A stretch of 54,744 nucleotides of DNA from a virus. Lineage: Duplodnaviria > Caudoviricetes. Below, one piece after another: positions 19,325 through 27,411 of this stretch. The stretch is from IMG/VR virus record IMGVR_UViG_3300027996_000045, positions 1 to 54,744 of that record. One strand, given 5' to 3'. How positions within the stretch are numbered: position 1 is the first letter of the stretch; every line of letters begins with the position of its first letter. Position numbers and translations under genes: made by a program. The notes under the pieces were generated by a model that saw only the letters and a list, made by a program, of their open reading frames with translations, was not told the DNA's origin and searched no databases.

Positions 19325-20110
19325 TCAACCGGTGTCTAACATTGGGTCGATGTTAGCCAGTCGGCGCAGGACGCAGCCGATCACCATTGCGCACTGCGGG
19401 ACCACCGCATTGCCTAGCGCTCGGAGTCGGGCACGGTCCAGTCGCGTGCTAGTCCCATCATCCACTCCACAAACCGGGGGGCCAGATGCCCACCCTTCGT
19501 GTCGCCTGCTGTTGGCGTGGGCAGCAGGCCCCGTCGAGCTAGTGTGTGCAGTGACGGGGTGCCTTTGTGGGCGTACTCCGTCCGTCCGTCGCCGGGGTTG
19601 CCGTTGCCGCTCGTTCCGTACACCGACGCCGATGGTGTGGGCAACAATGAATACTCGCCGTCGCAGGTGCGGAGCGCCGACATCTGACGCCGCAATTGGG
19701 ATCGGTAGCGTTTCGTACCCGAGCTGTCCCAGCGACCCACGCACGGCATCAACCCAGCGCTTGGCTCCGCTTGCGACGTTTTCAACGACAACCCAACTTG
19801 GCCGTGCTTCGCCGACGAGTCGCTCGAACTCATACCAGAGGCCGCTTCGAGCACCAGCGAGGCCAGCTCCTCGGCCTGCGGCAGAAACGTCCTGGCAAGG
19901 GAATCCGCCGCAGATGAGGTCGGGGTTTTGTAGGTCTTGTCCTCTGGCATCTCGTATGTCCTCCAATTGCTTTGCTTCCGGCCAGTGCCGCCGGAGCACG
20001 GCTCGGCAGTACGGGTCCTGCTCAACTTGCACCACCGTGTGTCCGACACCAGCGGCCTCAAGCCCAAGCTCAAGGCCGCCGATGCCGCTGAATAGGCTGG
20101 CGATTCTCAC
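19325..20110 (-). CDS. C5 cytosine DNA methyltransferase, alpha polypeptide
   Basis: Motifs I (LFSGIGG), IV (GFPCQ), VI (ENV), VIII (HLRRRVF), X (LGNAVVP); GTG start coupled to the upstream stop. Confidence 0.9.
   Translation of the reverse strand: MRIASLFSGIGGLELGLEAAGVGHTVVQVEQDPYCRAVLRRHWPEAKQLEDIRDARGQDLQNPDLICGGFPCQDVSAAGRGAGLAGARSGLWYEFERLVGEARPSWVVVENVASGAKRWVDAVRGSLGQLGYETLPIPIAASDVGAPHLRRRVFIVAHTIGVGVRNERQRQPRRRTDGVRPQRHPVTAHTSSTGPAAHANSRRHEGWASGPPVCGVDDGTSTRLDRARLRALGNAVVPQCAMVIGCVLRRLANIDPMLDTG
19414..19950 (-). CDS. Putative methyltransferase beta polypeptide in an overlapping frame
   Basis: LLPTP twice and a C-terminal motif IX-like LAPRFVEWMMGLARDWT. Confidence 0.65.
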   Translation of the reverse strand: MPEDKTYKTPTSSAADSLARTFLPQAEELASLVLEAASGMSSSDSSAKHGQVGLSLKTSQAEPSAGLMPCVGRWDSSGTKRYRSQLRRQMSALRTCDGEYSLLPTPSASVYGTSGNGNPGDGRTEYAHKGTPSLHTLARRGLLPTPTAGDTKGGHLAPRFVEWMMGLARDWTVPDSER

Positions 20111-20493
20111 GCGCACTCTCCCGTGCACTGCATCCCCAGCACCTCAAGCAGAGCCTGCAGGCGCACTGTGAACCGCGCCACGGCTTGCTCGCTGCAGTGA
20201 CACTCAGACGGGCGCAGCCGGCCCGCCATCCCGCAGGGGCAGCCCCATGTGCGGACGACCAGCGCTCGCGGCGGCAGGTCATTCATCACGCGGGCCATCG
20301 TGTCGACAGCTTGCATTGAGAAGCTCTCCAGCTCGTCGAGAAGCAGTACGCCGTCTTCGGCCATCTCCGCTTGCTCAGCGCACGCTAGCGCCCCGCAGGA
20401 GTGGTGAGGGGCGCGCATGGCCACGCCCTCTCGCTCTGCGATAGCGCAGGCGGTGATGCCTGCGCCAGCTCCGTTGATAAGGATCTTCTTCAT
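20107..20493 (-). CDS. Truncated ComM/YifB (Mg-chelatase-like AAA+) protein
   Basis: RAPHHS, GVLLLDEL..F, CPCG...C.CS...ARF motifs. Confidence 0.7.
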   Translation of the reverse strand: MKKILINGAGAGITACAIAEREGVAMRAPHHSCGALACAEQAEMAEDGVLLLDELESFSMQAVDTMARVMNDLPPRALVVRTWGCPCGMAGRLRPSECHCSEQAVARFTVRLQALLEVLGMQCTGECA

Positions 20494-20582
20494 CGGTTCA
20501 GCCATTCGTCGAAGGTTACGTATGGAAGCCCCAGGTCTTGCATTGCTCTCACGTAGTTGTCGTAGCGGTCTTCAAGTGTCAT
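20490..20582 (-). CDS. 30-aa peptide MTLEDRYDNYVRAMQDLGLPYVTFDEWLNR
   Basis: AGGAG RBS; stop coupled to the ComM-like start. Confidence 0.55.
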   Translation of the reverse strand: MTLEDRYDNYVRAMQDLGLPYVTFDEWLNR

Positions 20583-20597
20583 GTCTTGTATCTCCTA

Positions 20598-20801
20598 TTA
20601 ACCCAAGGCGGGAATCTCTCGGGTGGTGGGTAGCTTTTTGAACGCTTCAGCCTCATCTTCGGTTTGTTTGTCCATATATTTAATCCTCTCAAAGGCACCA
20701 TCTTCATACTCAATGACCCAGGTCGTAGAGAATCCATACACATAATCCTTGATCGCGATTACTTTGATGTCGTGACGGGTGCGAAACTTTTCAACGTACA
20801 T
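20598..20801 (-). CDS. Hypothetical protein (AT-richer)
   Basis: GGGAG RBS; MYVEKF start. Confidence 0.5.
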   Translation of the reverse strand: MYVEKFRTRHDIKVIAIKDYVYGFSTTWVIEYEDGAFERIKYMDKQTEDEAEAFKKLPTTREIPALG

Positions 20802-21021
20802 ATGGTGTCTCCCTAATCTCAAAAACGCCTGATGTGCTGGCGCCGCTGCAGTGAAGCTCGCGGGCGATGCGAAAGCGCTCGGCTTCCTCCAGCTCGTTAA
20901 TCCAAAAGAACTCAGAGATGCGGCAGCTGTCGATGACCTCTCCGTCACAGATAATGTCAATCGTTGCGCTGCCGCTCTCGCTCAGCTCCCCAGGTACCTG
21001 TCTCCAATCAATCTCTCTCAT
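20791..21021 (-). CDS. Hypothetical protein
   Basis: TAACTT -10-like hexamer 6 nt before the ATG. Confidence 0.55.
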   Translation of the reverse strand: MREIDWRQVPGELSESGSATIDIICDGEVIDSCRISEFFWINELEEAERFRIARELHCSGASTSGVFEIRETPYVR

Positions 21022-21253
21022 GACACCAAGTTAACGCCTCTCCAGCTATGCACAAGTGGGCAATGTCGTTTTTCTGAACATTAGTTGGAATGGGTGTGCG
21101 TAAGTGTCTGGAGTCCGTTGTCGCCTGCGCTGGCTGGCGTCTAACGTTGGTCGATGTTAGCTGGCGCTTGACAAAAGGTCCCGACCCGCCCGCTTGCGCA
21201 CCATTGCACTGCGCTGGGGGCCGGGATTGCACAAGCGAGTGCACCGGCCCCGG

Positions 21254-21475
21254 TCATAGCGGTCTCATGAAGTGCTCGCAAGTGACCTTTAGCGCGTCGA
21301 TCAAGTCCAGCGCCGTGTCGAACCGTGGCCAGAGGATGTTGCCCCTCTCCATGTGCACGATGTGCGTGCGCGGTATCCCCGCTTTATGGGCGAGGTTTTC
21401 TTGCGTCAGACCTTGGTGTTTGCGCTCTCTGCGGAGGTAGAGGCCGAAGAAATCTTCATCAGGCAAGGGCTTCAT
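21254..21475 (-). CDS. XRE-family HTH regulator
   Basis: LTQENLA..AGI.RTHI..MERG. Confidence 0.85.
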   Translation of the reverse strand: MKPLPDEDFFGLYLRRERKHQGLTQENLAHKAGIPRTHIVHMERGNILWPRFDTALDLIDALKVTCEHFMRPL

Positions 21476-21747
21476 GCCGCCACCTCAACGTGAAACTCGG
21501 TCTCACGGCGGCACATTATCTCGCACAGCTCCTCCTCTTCGAGCCCGAGTGCTGAGTAGGCGTCAAGCTCCTCCCTTGTGTCGTTGTCTACAGCGGACAC
21601 GTCGCGCAGATTGTAGTCGTAGTCATACGCCACGCCGCTGTCGTCGCAGTACAGCGCCTCAGATACGAGCACAGCGTACACCGACAGCTCAGCAACGAAC
21701 TCCCCGTTGCAGGTGATGGTGATGTTTTTCTTGACGTTCTCTTCCAT
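21472..21747 (-). CDS. Hypothetical acidic protein
   Basis: AAGGAG RBS downstream of a strong promoter. Confidence 0.65.
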   Translation of the reverse strand: MEENVKKNITITCNGEFVAELSVYAVLVSEALYCDDSGVAYDYDYNLRDVSAVDNDTREELDAYSALGLEEEELCEIMCRRETEFHVEVAA

Positions 21748-21774
21748 AGCTTACTCCTTTTTGCTGACACCAAC

Positions 21775-21803
21775 AGTATGGTCACCCGGACATGTTGTGT
21801 CAA
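21775..21803 (-). promoter_or_regulatory. Sigma70-type promoter
   Basis: TTGACA-17 bp-CATACT. Confidence 0.7.
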
Positions 21804-21872
21804 CCACTCACGTGGCTTTTGTTGTCTTCACTGTATAGACGTCGCGAGCGGCGGGTATCTGACAGCGGTGGT

Positions 21873-22085
21873 TTATTTTTTCGCGTCAAACCACTCTGCG
21901 TCGAGATGCTGGACCCATATGTCCAAGCATTTCTTGCACTTAACAGACTTGTAGCTGGGTGAGACCTTGGTCCCTTTGCCGCATAGACTGACGGCGGGCT
22001 TGTCTTGCCGGTCTCTGCCGACGGCTCTGTGGTAGCCGTCTTTCCACACCCAGAGGTTCATCGCGTGCGTGACCTCAGGCATCAA
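21873..22085 (-). CDS. Small putative Zn-finger protein
   Basis: H...LCG...CKKC. Confidence 0.5.
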   Translation of the reverse strand: MMPEVTHAMNLWVWKDGYHRAVGRDRQDKPAVSLCGKGTKVSPSYKSVKCKKCLDIWVQHLDAEWFDAKK

Positions 22086-22338
22086 ACCACCTGATGGGCT
22101 GGTAAAGGTCGTCTTTTATCCAGACGGGCTCTGTGAGTGCCTCGCCAAGCTTGGTTGGGCGCACCGTCCTGCGCACGCCCTTGTCCCACTTGACGAGGCC
22201 TTTGCTCCTGAGTCGGCGCACCGCTTCAGTGGCCGCAGTAGGGCGGACCTTCGCCTCCCTCGCCAGCTCCCGCACTGCGCAGTTCTGCAGGCGCACGATG
22301 ATCATCAGGTATTGCATCTGTCTCTCTGTTATTTGCAT
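22075..22338 (-). CDS. LexA-N-like winged-HTH protein
   Basis: ITERQ..L...VRELA...LRSKGLV.W..G..RT. Confidence 0.7.
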   Translation of the reverse strand: MQITERQMQYLMIIVRLQNCAVRELAREAKVRPTAATEAVRRLRSKGLVKWDKGVRRTVRPTKLGEALTEPVWIKDDLYQPIRWFDA

Positions 22339-22409
22339 CGACGAGGCCCCAACACATAACACACATGGCAATAGCGCATGCAAGAAAGAGGACAGCAGAT
22401 ATCACTTCC

Positions 22410-22592
22410 TTAAGCACGACCGCGCCTTGCCATCTCCGCGCCAATATACACCAGCGCATCTGCTAGCTCTTCTGCCAGCTCCATCAGAAAGTCCCTTTTG
22501 TCGTCCTTGAGTTCGAGCGGACCATACTCTCGCCGGCCTTGGTCTAGGCGCTCTTTGATGAACTTGAGCACCCGCTCCTCGTCTCGGCTCAT
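22410..22592 (-). CDS. Small all-alpha NTP-PPase (MazG-like) protein
   Basis: G.REYG...ELAEELADALVY. Confidence 0.5.
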   Translation of the reverse strand: MSRDEERVLKFIKERLDQGRREYGPLELKDDKRDFLMELAEELADALVYIGAEMARRGRA

Positions 22593-22593
22593 C

Positions 22594-22896
22594 TCAGTTG
22601 ATCCTCTTTTGAAGGGCCTTGCCGATGCGAGCAACAGCCTCGCCCTCTTGAGAGGCGCATTGGCTGATGGCCTGGCCGATGAAGTCGAGCCTGGCCAGCG
22701 CTCTGACGGCGCTCTTAGCTTGCTCCAGGGCCTCGTGGGTAATCTCTGTCTGTGGGCTTTCGAGCACCTCGCTCAAGTCATCAAAGGCAACGACGTACTC
22801 GCTCATGAGGAACGTGAAGGTCTGCTTTTTCGTGACCTCGCTGAGGTTGTCTTGAAGGTGCTCAAGGTATTCTTCCATCCAATCTTTATCAATCAT
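22594..22896 (-). CDS. Hypothetical protein
   Basis: AGGAG RBS. Confidence 0.6.
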   Translation of the reverse strand: MIDKDWMEEYLEHLQDNLSEVTKKQTFTFLMSEYVVAFDDLSEVLESPQTEITHEALEQAKSAVRALARLDFIGQAISQCASQEGEAVARIGKALQKRIN

Positions 22897-23246
22897 GCTC
22901 TTACTCCTGTTGTTTTGTTGTACTCGTTGATGATGTTGTGAGCCTCCTCCACCGACCTGACGACGTCTGCGACGCCCCCATACCTGCGAACTAGCTCAAT
23001 GAACCGTTTCTGCTCAGGCCTGACCCTGCCTCGGGCGGTCTTGACTTCAAGGGCCAGGAACGTGCCTGTGGGCTTGATGATGCCGACGAGGTCTGAGGCG
23101 CCCACACAGAGGCCGTATGGCACGCGGCTGCAGCGCCCGTGTCTGTCGTAGTACTCGGCCGTGCCTGTGCTGTTGCGCCACAGCAGGACGTCTGGGCGCC
23201 CACCGATGGCGAGGCGTATCTCCCTGAGTATCTCGTGTTCTTTCAT
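22893..23246 (-). CDS. VRR-NUC family nuclease
   Basis: GASDLVG...LEVKT..GRVRPEQ..F...VVRS. Confidence 0.85.
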   Translation of the reverse strand: MKEHEILREIRLAIGGRPDVLLWRNSTGTAEYYDRHGRCSRVPYGLCVGASDLVGIIKPTGTFLALEVKTARGRVRPEQKRFIELVRRYGGVADVVRSVEEAHNIINEYNKTTGVRA

Positions 23247-24637
23247 GACCTGGCTGTCCCTCGGTAGTTGTGCCCAAACGTTCTCTTGAACATCGTATAG
23301 GCATACCCCATGCGCCACCCTCTTTGGTGGGCTTTGGACGCGAGCATCTTAAACTCGCGGTCTTTGTCCTCATCCGTGAACAGTTCCAGCGAGAACGGTA
23401 TTTTCTTTTTCTGGCACTCAGCGATGGCCCACCAGGCGCTGCGTCGCATTGCCCGCATGTGGTCAAGCACAGCAAGGGCTATGTCTAGCTGGTCGCTTGA
23501 CATGCTGTCGGCGCCAATCTCAATCATCGCCGTCCGGCGCACCTTCGTGCTCATGTCCTTCTTGAGAGGCATCTCCCAGCCACACTCCGGGCACGCCCCA
23601 CCACCCTCAAACGTTAGACCGCAACTCATGCAAAGCATCAGCCCCGACTGCGAGCTGACCTTCATCGCCTTACCCTCCAAGCTGTAGTCCCGGTCTGCAG
23701 TAGGAAGTCCATGAAAGTGCACGTTGCTGCACAGGTCGATGAGCTTGGCCTCCTTCTTCCCCGGATGGCACCGCAGCACCCGACCCACGCATTGGAGATA
23801 CGTGGAGGGGTGACCAAACCGACGGGCCAGGATGCAAGCTGTGGCTTGCGGCGCGTCGAAGCCCTCTGTGAGCACGTGGACGTTGAGAAGCACCTTCACG
23901 TGACCACGCTTGAACTGCGCAATGTCAAACTCACGGTTCTCCTTGCGCGTGTTGCCCTCGATGACCGCCGATGTGATGCCCGCCTGGTTGAACCTGATAC
24001 CCAGCTCGTATGCCTCAGTCACCCCTCGGCAGAAGATGAACGCCTGCTCGCCAGGGCACAGCTTCTGGTAGGCCTCAAGCGGGTCCATCGACAGCTCACG
24101 GTTCTCCATCACAGAGTCCGGCGTCCATATCCGAGCGTCCACCAAGTTGCCCGCCTTGATAAGCTCACGGTAATGAGCCCCGATGACCATGTGGTTGAAT
24201 GTGTCACCTAGGGGCTTGCCATCACCGCGCTGCGGCGTAGCGGTCAAACCCAACCACCGAGCATGCTCCCAGCGCCTGAGCGTCTGGTACCACAACTGGT
24301 CATTCGGTAAATGATGGCATTCGTCGATGACCACCAGATGGGCGTCGTGGTCGATGTCGTTGCTCACCATCGACTGCAGGGTGGAGACGATGACAGGCTT
24401 GCCGGAGCCCACGCGGCCCGCCTGGGGCAGGCGCTCCACCAGCTGGTCCACTAGCTCCCGGCGGTGGCAGACAGCCAACACCTGGGCGCCTGAGTCCAAA
24501 GCGCGCTGGACGATGTAGCTGGCCACGCGGGTCTTGCCACCGCCTGTGGGTAGGACACCCACGATGCGGCGCTTGCCCGATTGCCAGGCGCTAAGGACGC
24601 CGGCAGCCATGCGGCTTTGATGTGGCCAGAGAGGCAT
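23243..24637 (-). CDS. SF2 DEAD/DEAH helicase with C-terminal Zn ribbon
   Basis: PTGGGKT, DECHH, TAT, QCVGRVLR, two CxxC motifs. Confidence 0.9.
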   Translation of the reverse strand: MPLWPHQSRMAAGVLSAWQSGKRRIVGVLPTGGGKTRVASYIVQRALDSGAQVLAVCHRRELVDQLVERLPQAGRVGSGKPVIVSTLQSMVSNDIDHDAHLVVIDECHHLPNDQLWYQTLRRWEHARWLGLTATPQRGDGKPLGDTFNHMVIGAHYRELIKAGNLVDARIWTPDSVMENRELSMDPLEAYQKLCPGEQAFIFCRGVTEAYELGIRFNQAGITSAVIEGNTRKENREFDIAQFKRGHVKVLLNVHVLTEGFDAPQATACILARRFGHPSTYLQCVGRVLRCHPGKKEAKLIDLCSNVHFHGLPTADRDYSLEGKAMKVSSQSGLMLCMSCGLTFEGGGACPECGWEMPLKKDMSTKVRRTAMIEIGADSMSSDQLDIALAVLDHMRAMRRSAWWAIAECQKKKIPFSLELFTDEDKDREFKMLASKAHQRGWRMGYAYTMFKRTFGHNYRGTARS

Positions 24638-24639
24638 GG

Positions 24640-24867
24640 TTAGAGGCCCACGCGGGATAGGATGGTGCTGATGGGCTCGTCCAGAGCATCGGATAAGCGG
24701 TGCATGGTGCTCTCGCTTGGGGTGCGGCCTCCGTTCTCAAGGCGGGAGAGGAAGGGCTGAAGCCAGCCGGTGAGGCTGCAGAGCTGAGGCTGGGTGAGGT
24801 TGTGGTGGAGGCGAGCTGCGTGGACGGCGTCGCCGAAGGTGGGGGTGGGTGTTGGTTCGTTGCTCAT
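24640..24867 (-). CDS. XRE-family HTH regulator
   Basis: LTQPQL...LSRLENGGRTPS. Confidence 0.8.
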   Translation of the reverse strand: MSNEPTPTPTFGDAVHAARLHHNLTQPQLCSLTGWLQPFLSRLENGGRTPSESTMHRLSDALDEPISTILSRVGL

Positions 24868-24873
24868 GAGGGT

Positions 24874-24901
24874 ATGATACGCATCTGGGGATGGGCGTCA
24901 A
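24874..24901 (-). promoter_or_regulatory. Promoter, probably giving a leaderless mRNA
   Basis: TTGACG-16 bp-TATCAT, ATG 6 nt downstream. Confidence 0.6.
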
Positions 24902-25023
24902 GTGCTGTGACGATATTATGTAGTGATAGATAGGGTGTCGGTTTTTGTGTAGGTAGGTGTGGTGAGGTGTGAGGAGAGGTGGTGGGTGTAGGGTGAAATG
25001 TTGGGAGAGCTAGACAAGATCGT

Positions 25024-25303
25024 CCATACCTAAACCATACCTAACCATACCTGTGCCATACCTGTGCCATACCTTGCGCACAATGTGGGATAGAGTCATG
25101 TTCCCGTTATCGTTGAGGTAATGGATGTCAAGGGGGTCGTGAACCATACCTGAGCGATTTTCAACAAATCTAAAAAAAAATAAATATTCTATCTGTATAG
25201 AACTGTAATAAGTAAGGCAGGGAAGATATTTAGAGGGATTAACCCAGCGATTCCCAGAGCTTAACTGAAGCCATACCTTGGCGCTAGGTATGGTTTGGTA
25301 TGG
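25024..25303. repeat. CCATACCT iteron array around an AT-rich core (putative replication origin)
   Basis: Seven direct copies, one exact and one near inverted copy; AT-rich tract at ~25160-25215. Confidence 0.65.
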
Positions 25304-25458
25304 ACGCCGCTCGGCAGGGTAGCCCAAACAATGCCCCGTAGGGTATTCGTTTTTGCCAATTTGTCACTTGACGTGCAGTTAATACTCTGAGGCTCGCCCT
25401 TTTGTGTTGCATAATGTGCCGATGTGTGCCGGGTGCGCCCCATAGGCGGTACATAGAG

Positions 25459-25700
25459 AGGGACCCTTCGAGTCCACGGCCAACGGTCACTGGTCCAATT
25501 TGCTTTTGTAACCCCTATGCATCCAGTGCCGGCCGGAGCCGAGAACCAGTGACCATAGACGCAAAACCCTACGATACAAGGGGTAGGGACCCTTCGAGTC
25601 CACGGCCAACGACTGTTTTCTGGTTTTGCCTTTCTATGCATAAAGGGGGGACCCTTTGTTTTCCACGGCCAACGACCCTTTTTCGGATTTGCTTTTCGAG
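25459..25700. repeat. Three related direct repeats
   Basis: AGGGACCCTTCGAGTCCACGGCCAACG at 25459 and 25585; degenerate copy at ~25648. Confidence 0.85.
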
Positions 25701-26088
25701 CCTAGACTCGAGCGCTCGAGACGCATAGCCGATGCATAGAAAGTGGGCCGAAAACGGAGGAAAAAGGGCACTTGGTTTTTCTTACCTGCCTGTTGCTTTT
25801 CTATTGAGATTTATAGAAAAGTGTGAGCTGTGCTTTTACCTTAGCCTTCACGCCGGTGCAGGTAGCTGACCGGGAGTTTGATTGGTTTTTTGGAGTTTCA
25901 CCAGGCCGCGCGAGGAGGTTTCGGTGAGTATTCATCTGATGTTCTAGCATTTACGTAAATGGCATCACCGGTACTATGGATTAGTTCTATACATACAATC
26001 GTATACATATATGTACGGGCATAAAAAAGCTTACACGTGCGCGCCCGCCCGCGCGCAGTGGGCCGCTCGAGCCCAAAAAAAGCTCTTT

Positions 26089-26195
26089 ACCTACATGTAG
26101 GTGGGGTGCATATATGTGCATATATGTGCCTAGGCGCACTCCACCTACGTGTAGGTGCGGTGGAGCACATAGGCGCACTCCACCTACGTGTAGGT
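26089..26195. repeat. Three ACCTAC(A/G)TGTAGGT palindromes (operator-like)
   Basis: Copies at 26089, 26143 and 26182. Confidence 0.75.
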
Positions 26196-26422
26196 AAATT
26201 TGTCCTTGTTAATTACGCGCGCGCGTAGCGCGTAGCAGGAACTATGCCAACATGTGCACGACTAGAATCGAGCGCAACCCTTGGCGCGGTATTTGCTAGC
26301 AGTAGGCATGCCCAACAGGGCAACCCTTGGCGCGGTAATTGCTTGCGAATAGGTCAAAAAAGAAACGTGAGAAAACCACACAATTCTTCCCAATGCCCAC
26401 CCGGTTATGTTACGTTGGATTT

Positions 26423-26548
26423 ATGAAAACGGCGACGAACACACACTTCAACTTTCACAGCCTAGCCGAGACTCCCGAAGAACAGCGCGAGCGGTTCGAG
26501 CGCGAGATTCAGCGCAAGCTCAACAACTCAGCCAAGGTGGGGATTTAA
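26423..26548 (+). CDS. Small early protein (41 aa)
   Basis: Extended -10 TGTTACGTT 6 nt before the ATG. Confidence 0.5.
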   Translation: MKTATNTHFNFHSLAETPEEQRERFEREIQRKLNNSAKVGI

Positions 26549-26552
26549 TAAA

Positions 26553-26966
26553 ATGAGAATTTATCAAAATACAACAACCGCGCGCGGTTTGAATCCTCAC
26601 ATGATTTCGGACGTCAATATTCTGCACACAATCGACCGAACGCCTTTTGGAATCGGCTACCATGACGACCACACCTATACCTACAACGGCAAAATCAATG
26701 CAGCACAGTCCGGTGACAGGTACCGCGCAGTGCTTCCCGGTGGCCGGTACCTGTCGCTGTCAAATATGGGCTCGTGGGATGGAGCTTGGTCGCTTGCTGT
26801 GCTCGACGAAAACGGTGAATTTGTACAGCTACCCGAGTGGCTAGCCGAAGCGCTCGACGGCGATTTGTGTCTTGAGGTTGTGGAATTTGCACTTGACGAA
26901 ATGACGCCCGAAACTTTCGCCCAAATCTACTACGCCGCCGCGGCAGCAATTAAGGAAGCAAACTAA
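26553..26966 (+). CDS. Hypothetical early protein
   Basis: ORF with TAATG coupling to the next gene. Confidence 0.65.
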   Translation: MRIYQNTTTARGLNPHMISDVNILHTIDRTPFGIGYHDDHTYTYNGKINAAQSGDRYRAVLPGGRYLSLSNMGSWDGAWSLAVLDENGEFVQLPEWLAEALDGDLCLEVVEFALDEMTPETFAQIYYAAAAAIKEAN

Positions 26967-27331
26967 TGCTAATCCAAATCCAACAGTACGCCGACGCCGC
27001 GCGCGAAGCGCGCCAACTGGACGCGAGGAAGCGCGCGCTTGCCAAGCAAATCCTGGCAACGGTGACCCCTGGTAGCGTTTGGCAATGGGCAACCGAAGCG
27101 CGCGCGCTTGGTGTGTCGCTCGTCTCTGCAACCTCGCCAAGCCAAGCCACGGACGCCGCAGCAACCACGGCGAGCGCGCTAGCGCTTGCCAATGAGCTTT
27201 TGCGGGAACTCCGCAAGCCAAAGCTTGCGCGAACTAGGCTGCTGGCGGTTGCGTCGCGACTGCTAGCGCTCGCCACAAATCCACCCACTAAGCAACGCGC
27301 GGGACGGTCTGCGCACCTTCGGAGCAAGTAA
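26966..27331 (+). CDS. Hypothetical Ala/Arg-rich protein
   Basis: AAGGA RBS; coupled start. Confidence 0.55.
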   Translation: MLIQIQQYADAAREARQLDARKRALAKQILATVTPGSVWQWATEARALGVSLVSATSPSQATDAAATTASALALANELLRELRKPKLARTRLLAVASRLLALATNPPTKQRAGRSAHLRSK

Positions 27332-27411
27332 CATGGTTTTATCGTTTTTCAGTTTCATGGTCATCATTTCAACCAGTGCCCTAGCAGGGCACCTATTTCA
27401 GGAGCTTGTCA

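Noticed and set aside
19333-21162. Integron attC sites
   Set aside because: The arms resemble attC ends, but the elements are ~25 bp, far shorter than attC, and there is no IntI.
25466-25476. tRNA T-loop-like TTCGAGTCC (tRNA or attP)
   Set aside because: No cloverleaf or proper T-stem, and no integrase recognised.
25459-25700. CRISPR mini-array
   Set aside because: Only two exact copies with a 99-nt gap, a degenerate third copy, similarity extending into the would-be spacers, and no cas operon.
25010-26228. ORFs in the repeat-rich control region
   Set aside because: Their peptides merely translate the DNA repeats and lack RBSs; treated as non-coding.
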